Source: Octopus sinensis (lineage: Eukaryota). Taken from it: DNA of 64,000 bases. Position 1 is the first letter of the stretch, and every line of letters starts with the position of its first letter. The notes beneath the pieces were generated by a model, which saw only the letters and a list, made by a program, of their open reading frames with translations, was not told the DNA's origin and did no database searches. The translations under genes were made by a program, and so were the position numbers. The stretch lies in NCBI RefSeq assembly GCF_006345805.1, contig NC_043016.1, forward strand, positions 12,214,001 through 12,278,000, written 5' to 3'. Below are positions 1-11,994 of the stretch, one piece after another.

Positions 1-2455
1 ATCATGATGCAGAGATTCAACAGGACAGACAATGGGTTAAATCATTCATTATTAAATTTTTTTGAAATTCCCCCTTTTTTTTATTAGTTTCAACACCAGG
101 TTAGCAGCAGAAAGAAAAATATGAGAAAATGGCAAAAAAAAAAAAAAAGAAAAGAAATTAATAAATAAATTAAAATAGTTACACACACTTTTTAATACCA
201 TGGGACAAATTAAAATTCTATAGAAATCAAATTATCATCACTTCAGAGTTGATTAAATAATATGGGTCATAATGACCTATATTAAAAAAATTAGTTGGTT
301 ATAAGCCATTTTCCTCCTTTTATTTGTTGGGTCTTAAGAAAGAGTGCCAACGGCCTTTGCAGGCCCTTTTAGACGTGTGAGACTGATGTCATTAACCTTC
401 TTCTGAAACCCTTGTAAGCCAACACCAGTGGGAAAGACATGAAGAGAAGGAGATTTCTACAGCACCAATATTTTAGGAAGGAAAGACTGAGCACAGTGAT
501 GGGTAGTTAATTCACACTCTTTTGCAAGAGTAATTTCACCTATTAATTAGTTTGAAACTACTCGCTGATGAAATCTCTAAATTCTAACGGGGGAAAAAAA
601 AACAAAAAAACCCATGCCAGTTTAATGCTGAAGACCAAAGTAGTGATTTTTGCTCTGTCTTTTAAAGCTATGCAGAAACGGGACTGGTAATCAACTCAGG
701 AAAAAAGTTACAATTAATTTATGGGATCCAGACAAAAACCCCTAAGACCCTGCCCCTGACAAAACCCCTGTGACTTTTTTTCCCTGGATTCGTAGAAACA
801 CATCTAATGTATAAATAGCCTTTTTTTGAAAGACAGCAGGGTGTGGTTTGAGGCAGATTTTGCTGCCATTTCTAGTACATTCACTGACTATGTAGGGGGC
901 TTACAAAGCTAAATATTTTCAAGCATAGGTGCAAGCATGACTATGGTAAGAAGCTTGCTTCTCAACCACATGGTCCTGAGTTCAGCCTCAGGCTGACCAA
1001 AGCTTTGTGAGTGAATTTGGTTGATTGAAACTGAAAGAAGCTTGACGTATGTGTGTGTGTGCGTGTTTGCCCCACACCACTGCTTGATAACCAGTATTGG
1101 TGTGTTTACATCTCCTGTAACTTAGCGACTTGGCAAAAAAGACCAATAAAATAAGTATTAAGCTTTAAAAAAAATTTGGGGGTAATGCTGGATGGGCTCC
1201 TGTGCAGATGGCACATAAAAAACACCGTTTAAGCGTAGTTGTTGCCAGTACTGTCTGACCGGTCCTCATGCTGGTGGCACGTAAAAGCACCCACTACACT
1301 CTCAGAGTGGTTGGCGTTAGGAAGGGCATCCAGCTGTAAAAACATTGCCAGATCAGATTGAAGCTTGGTGCAGCCTTCTGGCTCACAAGTCCTCAGTCAA
1401 ACCGTCCAACCCATGCCAGCATGGAAAGTGGACGTTAAACGACAATAATGATTATATATATATATATACATACACACACACTGGTGTGTTTACATTCCTG
1501 TAATTTAGTGATTTGGCAAAAGAGACCGGTAGAATAAGTACTAGGCTTAGTCCTGGGGGTCGATTTGTTTGATTAAAGGTGGTGCTCCAGCATGGCCATA
1601 GTCCAATGACAGAAAAAAAAGTGAAAGAATAAATATATAATGTATATAAGTTTAGCACAAATAACACCAGTTAAAACAAAACCGAGGTCGAGTGAAGATG
1701 GTAACTGATAATATGATAGCCACATTATCTGTTGATATTTTGGTGCTATCATTAATAGAAGAGTAATTTCCTGCATGTGATGAAACAATATGAAAAGCCT
1801 CGATGGGACTGGCTAGTCCACATTACTCCGTAAGGAGCATAGGGTCAGTTTCCCCAGTTTCTCTGGTGTATACATATTCCTCCCTGGATGGAATGCGTGT
1901 CTGTGCAGGATCACTAATTTTTATCAGGTGAGTGGGCTGGAGCAACACAGAATGAAGTGTCTTGCTCAGGAACACAATGCCTTGCCCTGTCCAGGAATTG
2001 AAACCTCAATCTTATCGTCATGAGTTCAACACCCTAAACCACTAAGCAATGTGCCTCTATTAAAAGGGATTGTTTAACCAGAAATAGTACCCAAATCACA
2101 TGCTACTATCTTAGAAAAAAAAACAAGAGCACATTACATAATGTAATGTTAGCTACCCTTGCATATTGATTAGAACTGGAATCCCTTTGGATATAAGTTT
2201 TGCTTAATCAAGATTGAACTGAGTGAAATAATAAATTCTTTTACTGTTATTTTTAAATGGTACTCATTTTATGATCCTTAACCCAATACATTTCTTTTTT
2301 ATTTTAAATATCTTTTGTAAATGTAAAAGAAAAATCAAGTTTTGAAATAATTTATGATCAAATAAACAATTCTGAATTTGAATATGTATCAATGAAATAA
2401 AATTTGAAAAAGAATAATTTCAAACCCTCATCATCAATATAATAAAATGTCTTAC

Positions 2456-2601
2456 TTCTCCAAGTATCCAGTTATTATCTGAGTTGAACTTAAAGGGACT
2501 GTAATAAGGACTAGTCTGGCTCCTAAACTCTGTACTCAAAGGAGGTGTAGTCAAACCACTGTCACTAGTTGGTGCTTTTCCCTCAGAACCTTCTAGCATG
2601 G
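2456..2601 (-). CDS. CRAMP1: CRAMP1 exon 16 (SMLEGSEGKAPTSDSGLTTPPLSTEFRSQTSPYYSPFKFNSDNNWILGE); no stop codon, gene continues left of the window
   Basis: ttattttacag| ... GAA|GTAAGA, 146 nt, phase 1 to 0. Confidence 0.87.
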
Positions 2602-3195
2602 CTGTAAAATAAGTTACAATCAATGTCATTATACAATTTTCTTATCAAAAAACAAAGAATTATTTGGCAATATCAGTTACATCATGACAAAATTCTGAAC
2701 AGCAGAAGGTCTTCAGAGAAGAAACCCCACTCAAGCAAATGTCTCAGACCTCAAAGTCTTCTAAAGGGTCTGAGCCACATCCAGGTTATGACTCCTGGGT
2801 GTTCTGCTGATACTTTAAACCACGTGGACATCAGAAACTTGTACATTTAAACCACATTTAAGACAAATGTCTACAAAAGGTTTAAGACTTTTTGGTGTAG
2901 CTGTGTGGTTAAGAAGTTCACTCTGCAGTCAGATGGTTTTAGGTTCGATCCCACTAACCACCACATTCAAAATGTCTCTACTTCTATAACCCTAGGCCTA
3001 CCAATGTCTTGTGAATGATCTTGGTAGGTGGAAACTGTATTATATATATAATTTTTAATAACAGCTTGACTCAACTCCATATGGCTTAAAGATTTGTGGG
3101 TATGGTGGACATGTTCATCTGACCAGTTGACAGGAGATATCTTCTGATATCTGATGAGATGGATGCATACTACACAAACACAGAAATCATTGATA

Positions 3196-3244
<49 letters not shown>

Positions 3245-3521
3245 ATATATATATATGGAGACATCAGTTTATTCAAGGATATTCAAATCCAGATAATAAA
3301 ATTCCAGTCCTACAGCTGTTTCCATATCCAATTAGTTCAATTATAGAAATTAAATTAATATAACTTAAATTTTCTTATTGAAACTGGTTAATTGGGTATT
3401 CCATCAGGGAAGAATTTCCCCAAAAGGGAGTTACATTTCAACATGTTGATTGATGTACACACAGATGTATGAGTTGTAAAAAAAAAAAACAGTATCAACA
3501 AAAAAAAACCCCGATATTTTC

Positions 3522-3552
<31 letters not shown>

Positions 3553-3780
3553 ATATACATACACATATAAATGTTTGATATATTTGTGGTAATTTATATG
3601 TAATACATAATGGCTTTTATTGGTGGTGGTGTAGTAGTTAGGTGAAATAGATGTTATAGGGCGAGAGAGAGAGAGACAAAGTCAACTTGTGTAGAATTTG
3701 AACTCAGAATAAAATATTGACGCTCTTATAATTCTGACCACAATAGTGTCAATGCCAACATTAAGAACAATAATACTTAC

Positions 3781-3913
3781 ACATAGAAACGTCAGATAAA
3801 GAAATATCAAACAGTGTAGAAATATTTGGAGGAGAAGAACCTAATTTGGTCCCAGATGAAGAAGTGGTTGCAGAGGTATCTGTTGTAGTTGAACTGGTGT
3901 TCATCAGTGAAAT
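3781..3913 (-). CDS. CRAMP1: CRAMP1 exon 15 (ISLMNTSS...SPPNISTLFDISLSDVSM)
   Basis: tctctgtacag| ... T|GTAAGT, 133 nt, phase 0 to 1. Conserved SPPN.S.L.DISL motif. Confidence 0.9.
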
Positions 3914-4854
3914 CTGTACAGAGAAACACAAAAGAAACTCAGAATGTAATTTCATAACTTCTGTGTTTTTAATCAAAGGGGATCAGATTAGAGTCTGGTG
4001 CAGCCTCCTGGCTTGCCAGTCCCCAGTCAAGCCGCATGGAAAACAGCTTTAGAAGAAGTGATGAGGAAGAGGAGGACCCATTATGGCACATGCTTTAAGA
4101 TGTTTCCATACTTTGGGATAAATTCCAGTAGAAGTACAAAAAGTGAAGAACTCAATGAGAATAGCAGCTAGCTCTAAGATACATTACCTGAGACTAACCT
4201 TACAGACATCTTCAACTCCAGCAAATAGTGGTGTTGCTAAAGTGAACAGAAAAGTGGGATTCTTCCGGTTTTTTTGTTTGTTTCTTTTTTTTTTATAGGT
4301 AGAAAAGAAAGAATTTAGGAGTTTTGTTGGTGTGTGAAGCTGAAGACAAAACAACTCCATCAAGAGTGTTACTTTATTATTTCTTTTATTTTCAGTAGGA
4401 AAGAGCAATGCTCTGGGTTTTTTGCAGGTTCTCTAAGACCAGAAAGATCAATGGCTTTAAAAAAATGGCTCTTGGAGTGGGTTGGGGTAAAAGGGGAAAA
4501 CAATGGCTCATTATTGTCACTAACTCCTACAAAAAACTTTTGTGATGCCCATTCTCAGCAAGGCCCTTATTATGAACTGATTATGTACCAGGAGGTTATT
4601 GCTCTTGTCTAATCTCAGGTCACTTTTGAATGATTAGACTCTTCTGACCAAAATGTTCTAAGTATTACCCTCAAGTCTTATTTTTAGACACTGTATCAAA
4701 ATTTATTTAAACTGTGACCTTTTCTTTTTTAAAATGGTGAGGGTGTAATTTGAGTGAACATGCTAGCAAGTGATGTACCTGTATTGCACCATTAAAAGCC
4801 CCCCGAGAAACATTTTCTCTCTAGAGTCCCTAACAAACTATGGAACTATGCAAG

Positions 4855-5113
4855 TGTGGTGTCGGTGGAAAGGACGACAGATAAGGGAGGGCGGAAGTAG
4901 GGCTTGCAGGGACCCGGTGCAAGACGGGAGGGCGCATGTGTGGCGGAAGCGGTCAGGCAGCACGCACGTGTGGCGATCAACGAAGGGGCAGTTGGAGCTG
5001 AGACGAAGAAGCGACTGGACGTGACGAGTTCCGAAGAGACCTGAATCTTCACCGAGGTAAGACCTGTTTGTATCTCCCCTCCTTCTGTTGTCCTCTTCAT
5101 CCATCACACTACA
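4855..5113. mobile_element. 259-bp TGT...ACA element with a perfect 5-bp TSD (solo LTR or Ginger-like non-autonomous element)
   Basis: GCAAG at 4850-4854 and 5114-5118. Ends are TGTGGTGT and ACACTACA. GC/CpG-rich island in an AT-rich intron. Confidence 0.8.
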
Positions 5114-6006
5114 GCAAGGAAGGTGCAACAAGAAGCAGCTCTAGAAGAAACAATGCTCTTTTCAAATTCTGAGTGTAGTCCATGTTTTTGGAATGGAATT
5201 AAACCTCTTAAAAATATCAAAATTTATTTTCCTTTCAAACAATTTTTTTAGTACTTTATATTTTCCTTTTTATTTCAGTCACTCCTTTACTATCCATGAT
5301 TAATCTCCGAAAGAGAGAGAGAGAGAATAGACTGAAATTAGCTGACATCATAATACTCATTGTCATCAACATAACCCAGAATAAATATACAAAGCATCGA
5401 TTTGATTCTCATACAAACACTGACATGGTTGCGTGATTAAAACTCTTCTACAACAGCCTTGGTTTTACAAAAGCCCTGTGATTGAAATTTAATAGATAGT
5501 AACCATCTAAGAGAACTGTTTTTGCTTTTAGAGGGTAGACTTTCTCTTGTCCATTTTAACACCACCATTCACTGTTATAAGGGCTACATATAAATTCCAA
5601 CTTTTTCTGATATTGATAGGGGACACCGAAAGTAGTCATAATCACTAAATGTCAATTCAAAAGGTAGCCTGAACTTGAAATGTAATGAGACAAGAATAAA
5701 TGCCTCACTGTTCAAAATATTATTAAAATTTTAAAAATATGTTACCGTGACCTATTTAATGTGCATTAACAGGAACAAAAGAAATATTCGGTTTGGACCA
5801 ATATTGAACTAAACTCGGGTAAAGAGGACCTATTTTGTGGCCATCTTGTGAAAATGGCTATTAGTGAATTATATGTTCAATCATAGATTTTCCTGTCTAA
5901 ACCATTACAAACAGAAAAATTTAATCCATTGACTACAAAACCATCCAACAAGTACATATTTATTTGTTCAGGTTCATCCCATACCAGCTATATATATATA
6001 TATATA

Positions 6007-6230
6007 CCGGAGTAAACACATAAATGTGGAACAAGGTGGAAAAAAGAGTACTCAAATACCAGTGGTAGAGTAATATGCTTTATTTAAAGCAGCAGAAAAT
6101 TCAACAAAACTTGTTACTCTGAGTTCACCGTTGCCGTTCGTCAGATTCTAGCAAAAACTGTCCGACGAATGGCAACGTGAAACTCAGAGTAACAGGTTTT
6201 GTTGAATTTTCTGCTGCTTTAAATAAAGAA
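6007..6230. mobile_element. Fold-back MITE-like element between (TA)n tracts
   Basis: Arms of ~68 bp (6078-6145 vs 6161-6228) are near-perfect reverse complements. A partial reverse-oriented relative lies at ~52850-52977. Confidence 0.7.
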
Positions 6231-8139
6231 TATATATATATATATATACGTACACACAGACACACAAACCAATGAGTGAGCTTCTATTTGACTTAGTAGA
6301 AATAGCAGCCAAACTTCCGTAACACCCCAACTCTATTATTTAAAAAAAAAAAAAAAAAAGGCAGACTAGTTATATATAAAAATGTCTTTGATCACAGCTT
6401 TGATAGATCAGAGTTGATTAGAGTGGAATGGAGAATCTTATAGCAAATTTTTTGCTTCATGACACACTCACATAACATTAAGCTAAAATATATAAATACA
6501 CTTAACTGAACATTTCCCCCTTTGCTTGTAATGGGATGAACCAGGGTCAGAACAAATAAATGAGCCCCAAAAAAAATGCAGACCATTACTAGTTACCTTG
6601 AATTCCTGATATTATTTTATTTTGAATTTAAGGTTAGTATCTCTGTTAATATTAATTTTAATCATCGTAATCAGTTTTACTTCTTGTCTGCCACTGAACA
6701 CTAGCCAATAATACTTCTCAATAATTCCCTGTCATTTATTCCAGTTAAATTGTTTCATTTCCATGTCTTTTAATTTATGCAAGCATGAGTTAGAAGAGTA
6801 TTTCTCAACCATTTTTTTGGCCTCTGCACACTTCGGTTTGCCCAAGAAACATGCATCTCACCACGAGCAGATGGAATTAGTATATAGCGCACGCACACAC
6901 ACACACACAAATGTATATAATATATAGACGTGTGTGTGTATATATATATATATATATATTATATATGCATTTACATACACACAAATATATATACACACAC
7001 ATACACATATATAGATACATACAGACTTGTAGAAACATATACATTGACACTTATACAGCTATATACACACACACATATTCCTCATCATCATTCCATTCTG
7101 GCATGGATTAGATGGTTTGACAGGATCTAACAAGTCCAAAGCCTGCATCATGCACCAAAGCATGTTTTGGTTTTTACAACTGGATGCACTTCCTAATGCC
7201 AACCCCTGAGTGCCATTTTTTTTTTTTGGTTCCATCAGCACTAGTGAAGTCATCATGTAAGGAGGTGAGATGATGAGGCGATAAAGTATGAGAGAAGGCA
7301 CCTAAGCCTGGGTTTTAAGAAAGAGGAAGGTGCTGAGAAGAGATAAAAAGAGTGGTGATGAGGTGAAAAGAAGAACCAGGAATGGCGAGTGGGTAGAGGT
7401 TGCAAGAGTGCATGGGGGAGCGAGGGCAGGGGAATGGGCGATGGGGGTGGAGTGAATTTAATGAAAGAAAAAGTGCTATTCAAAGGGAATGCTGTGATCT
7501 CAATTACTTATATGCTAAAGAAACTGGTTAATTGATCCTATGACCCCTAGGAATCAAGACATTAATGTCTGGGGGGGGGACTATCTGACTGTTTCATTCT
7601 TGGTCTATCCCTAGGTCTCTTGCCACACGTAGGAATAGATTCCTCAGGCATCTCTATCAGAAGGGTCCTATCAGAAACAACCATCATTACACTTTCTAGC
7701 TTGATTCCCAACTGAGGCCATGGGGTATTATCTAACCGTCTCATTCTTGATCGACTCTTATGCCCCCAATGTACCAATTTTCATATTTGCACCATTTTTT
7801 TTTCAAAAGAAAGGATAACTTACCAAAGAGGGTGCCTCTAAGCGATCACTCAGACTACTAAAATGAACAGACAAACCTCCCTCAAACAACACACTATGCT
7901 TTAAAGAAGGATTCATTGGACAATGTAGTCCTACATATACAAAAACGGGGGGGGGGATTACATGATGGTCAAGATTGGAAGGCTTTTGCTCATAAATCTT
8001 TACAATCAGAGCCTATATGAGGAACAACAACAATAGAAACAAAATTAAATTAATGAACGGAATACGTGGTTATAACATTTACAGGACGCCCAGAGGAACA
8101 TTCTGAAGAAGAATAAAAGATTATGTCATAAACTGTTAC

Positions 8140-8270
8140 CATTTCTTGAGGAGTGGCTAAAATTTGAGATGGAACTTCTACTGAAGTAGGAACACCAACT
8201 GGTAACTTCACTGATAAAGAATTGGTATTAACTGCTAATGTTGAAGAATTTGACAAATCAGTAGTTATTG
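8140..8270 (-). CDS. CRAMP1: CRAMP1 exon 14 (AITTDLSNSSTLAVNTNSLSVKLPVGVPTSVEVPSQILATPQEM)
   Basis: tttttttcttccag| ... ATG|GTAACA, 131 nt, phase 1 to 0. Confidence 0.8.
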
Positions 8271-8995
8271 CTGGAAGAAAAAAAAAAGAATCTTTAAAAA
8301 GTTGTAAAAAAAAAAAAAGCAAAAAAAAAACCCTCCAACAAAACAGAACAGAATTGTATTATGAATCTTTTATCTCTTACTTATTTCAGTCACAGGGTTG
8401 TGGCCATGCTGGTGCACCAACTTGAAAGGTTTCAGTTGAACAAATCAATCCCAATATATCTTTTTATCTTTTACTTGTTTCAGTCATTGGACTGTGGCCA
8501 TGCTGGGGCACCACCTTGAAGGGTTTTAGTTGAACAAATCAATCCCTGTACTTAAATTATATTTAAAGCCTGGTACTTATTCTATTGGTCACTTTTGCTG
8601 AACTGTTAATTTACTGGACACACACACACAAAACAGGTGTCTTTCAGTTTCCATCTACCAAATAATTAACAAGGTTTTGGTTGGCCTAGGTCTACAGTAG
8701 AAGGCACTTGCAGAAGGTTCCACACAGTGGAACTGTACCTTGTACCATGTGGCTAGGAAGCAAACTTCTTACCACATGGCCACAGTCAATTTTCTTATTG
8801 ATGACAGTTTGAGAATTGAATATTCAAACTGACAGTCATACCAACAAAGAAACTTTTACATGGTCAAGCAACTTGTCTGGTATGTTGTGATTATAGTTCC
8901 ATTAAATCAGTACCAAAGTGAGGAAGAGGGCAAAGGTCAAACTAACAAAAAAGGACACATTGGCAAATGTAGACCTTCCCAAATACATTGATTAA

Positions 8996-9205
8996 CCCTT
9001 TAGCATTTAATCCGGCCAAAAGTATTCAGCCTGTTTTATGTTCAAACTGACCAGATCTGGTCTCTCACACCAACCTACAATATCGTTTTAAAAATGAACT
9101 ACTACCTCATCAAAATCTCACAGCTACAAGATAATGCATGATTAGTTCAAAACAGTATGGAGGAAAAAGCATTAATTTTAGCAGAATAATGCGAACACTA
9201 AAGGG
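8996..9205. mobile_element. piggyBac-type MITE (TTAA|CCCTTTAG...CTAAAGGG|TTAA)
   Basis: TTAA at 8992-8995 and 9206-9209. Related copies at 36441-36660 (intact ends), ~28595-28815, ~29199-29412 and ~34410-34700. Confidence 0.8.
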
Positions 9206-9451
9206 TTAAAAGGTGGGAGATCTAAAGCTGAAACCCTTTTGATCACAAGTCTACACAATTAGGGCAGCCCTCAGGTTAAACAATAACAATAAAAATAATA
9301 ATAAATAATTACATCATTCTGAACTTTTAAGCATAATTTTTCCATTTTATTATTATTAAAAAAAAAAATTTAAAACAGAAAATTTCTAAATATTGTTGGA
9401 TCTCAAATTTGGTGTTACTGTGTGGTTAAAAATCTAGCTTTACTACCAGAT

Positions 9452-9686
9452 GTATTTCTTTACTACCCACAAGGGGCTAAACATAGAGGGGACAAACAAG
9501 GACAGACAAAGGGATTGAGTCGATTATATCGACCCCAGTGCGAAACTGGTACTTTATTTATTGACCTTGAAAGGATGAAAGGCAAAGTTGACCTCGGCGG
9601 AATTTGAACTCAGAATGTAACGACAGACGAAATACCGCTAAGCACTTTGCCTGGCGCGCTAACGTGTCTGCCAGCTCGCCGCCTTT
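9452..9686 (-). mobile_element. tRNA-derived SINE, family B (full length, CpG-rich)
   Basis: Head GGCGGCGAGCTGGCAGA with a B-box-like GTTCAAATTCC. Other copies at ~21930-22090, 37640-37990, 42425-42650, 46089-46269, 48992-49098 and 56402-56580. Confidence 0.8.
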
Positions 9687-10434
9687 GATGATTTTGGTTT
9701 TAGTCCCACTGCCTGGCATCCTGTATTACAGTACTGGATTGACCAAAACCGTAAGAGTGAAATTTAACAAATAAATACTGCATGGTAACCTATCAAGGGT
9801 ACCATTCCTATCATTGGATTATAGGATTAATCATTGTCTTGCTTAACACCATCACTTAGCCACTGAAGTATTTTAGTAAAGTCCACACTGTTGCAAGCAT
9901 GTCTCCAGAAGACGACTTCTTTACATCCCCTCACCAACTGTGAAGAAGCTGAAAACAATCTACAGGTGTTGCCAGTTCACATCTGAGTAAGTTCAAATAT
10001 CATTTAGTAATTTAGCCATGCGTGTATGTGTTTTATAAGCTCACTTAATGAATATTTGATTTTGATAAAATATTAAGAAACAGTGAAGAGATGAAACCAT
10101 TTCCAGAACCTTTAAACAATGAGCACTTGGAATAGCTTGCTTCACCCTATCTTTCTGGAGAACAGACACAAGCTGAGTTGATGACAGAGATAAAATGCAA
10201 AACAATTGATCAGTATTGAACAGTGTTACTTATATTAAAAGATACTCCTTAATTAAAAAAAAAACAGAGTCAAAGAAAAGGTATTGGATTGTTAGATAAA
10301 TCCTTTTGTTTCTTTTCAATGTTGTTTGAAAAATAGTTTTTATTATAATGCTTTATGTATCTTTTTGTAGTTCTATTCTTTTACAGATTTTGTTCATCGT
10401 TTTGAAATTTGAATAAATTTTCTCTTTTCAGACA

Positions 10435-11148
10435 TTTGATGACAGAGTAGAAAAAAAAATCAACATTTTTGACACCTGCTTCTCTTCGCTTTCAGTCAAG
10501 GTTACAAAACTGCCAAAGCTGTTTGAGGCATTTGAACTGTGTACTGAGAAGGTGCTATCACTGAAAGAACTGCACAGAAATGATTTTTACACTTCAAGAA
10601 AGAGGAATTTGACCTCACAGACCCTCTGCATTATAGTCAACTAGTTCAATTCAATGAAGATCAATTGAACAAGCTCATCCATGAAGATCCATGCCAATCC
10701 ACTAGGGAATTAGCCTAGCAGATAGGATGTTTTCCTGATACTGCTACCAGTCACCATTGACATGGCATGCTTCTTCAACATGACAACACTCATTTCCATG
10801 TTGCCAATTAGACCAAAAATGTGAGTGGAAATCTCAAGAATTTCTGCACCCATTGTATTCTCCTGATATAGCACTTTCAGGTAATCACCTTTTCTGGTCA
10901 CTGGCCAACAGTCTGTGTAGCATTTTGTTCAACAAAATGGAGCTGAAAATGTGGATCAATGAATTTTTCAAGTCAAGATCTGGTGATTTCAACCATCAAA
11001 GCATTGACAAGCTAGTGGAATGCTGGCAAGAATTCATGAATGATGAAAAAGAATATATTATTTGACTGATTTGTGGAAACAGTTGATGAAAAATAAGGAT
11101 TAAAATAAATGGGGGAAAAAAATGAAATAATTTATTTGAGAACCCAAT
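10435..11148 (+). mobile_element. Degenerate, internally deleted mariner (DD34D-type) transposon
   Basis: Broken frames read EDP.QSTRELA, HDN..H.A, LHP.YSPDIA.S..HLF.SL.N and L.E.W......EYII*. A mariner-like TIR remnant, TATTGGGTTCTC (reverse complement), lies at ~11137-11148. Confidence 0.8.
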
Positions 11149-11994
11149 AATAATTACTGAAAACTAAACGAAACAGTATGAGTTAAAACATCTTAAGTAA
11201 TAAAAAACCATATGTTGGCAAATTTTCTGAGTCCTCAAGAACAAAGAATTGAAGATACTGTTTAAAAAAACTGTACTGTATTTATACAGGGTTGTACTGC
11301 TGCACTATTGAAACATTAGGATGTTGTACACATGATCATAAGATTGTGGTTTCAATTCCTGGACTGGGTGATGCATTGTGTTCTTGAGCAAGACACTTCA
11401 TTTCACATTACTCCAGCCCACTCAGCTGTAAATGAGTACCACTGTGATGGACTGGTGCTTTGCTCTGAGGGAATGTTATGCACCACGTAAGCCGAGTAGC
11501 TGGCTTGATGAGTACGAGGACTTGAGACAGTAATGTCCAAAAGTTGATGATGGGCCTACATCTGTAAACATGACAGACATTCTACCATTGGACCAAAGCA
11601 ATCTTTCAAATTTCTCTATCCACTTCAGAAACTTTGTTCCTATCAGCAAGAATTGTATATTATTGGCATCTTAACTCATATATGCCCATAAAAAAATGAA
11701 GTCTTGAAATTTCACTGTATTTAGATTAAACATTATGGTAAGATTTCACACTCTGGAAGAGAAGGACAATATGCAACTGTTAGCTACAGGTGTTGACTAC
11801 CAACTGAACATTTCGTATGCCCAGTCAGGTGGTTCCTGGTGAGTTCATGTCCAAACAAGTAGGAGCCGGTTTTGCATTATGAAAATGCAACCAGGGGTAT
11901 ATATATACAAGTTAAGAATTTATGAACTTCAAAGGAACATTAAATAATTCTTTTTTTTTTTTTTAATATTGAATTTTGAAGCAGATGAGCTACA

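Noticed and set aside
539-583. Strong minus-strand acceptor with an open frame (NLEISSASSFKLIN) as the next CRAMP1 exon
   Set aside because: It lies in or at the edge of an L2/CR1-type LINE 3' fragment (300-570) and has no CRAMP1-like motif. The true downstream exons are probably left of the window.
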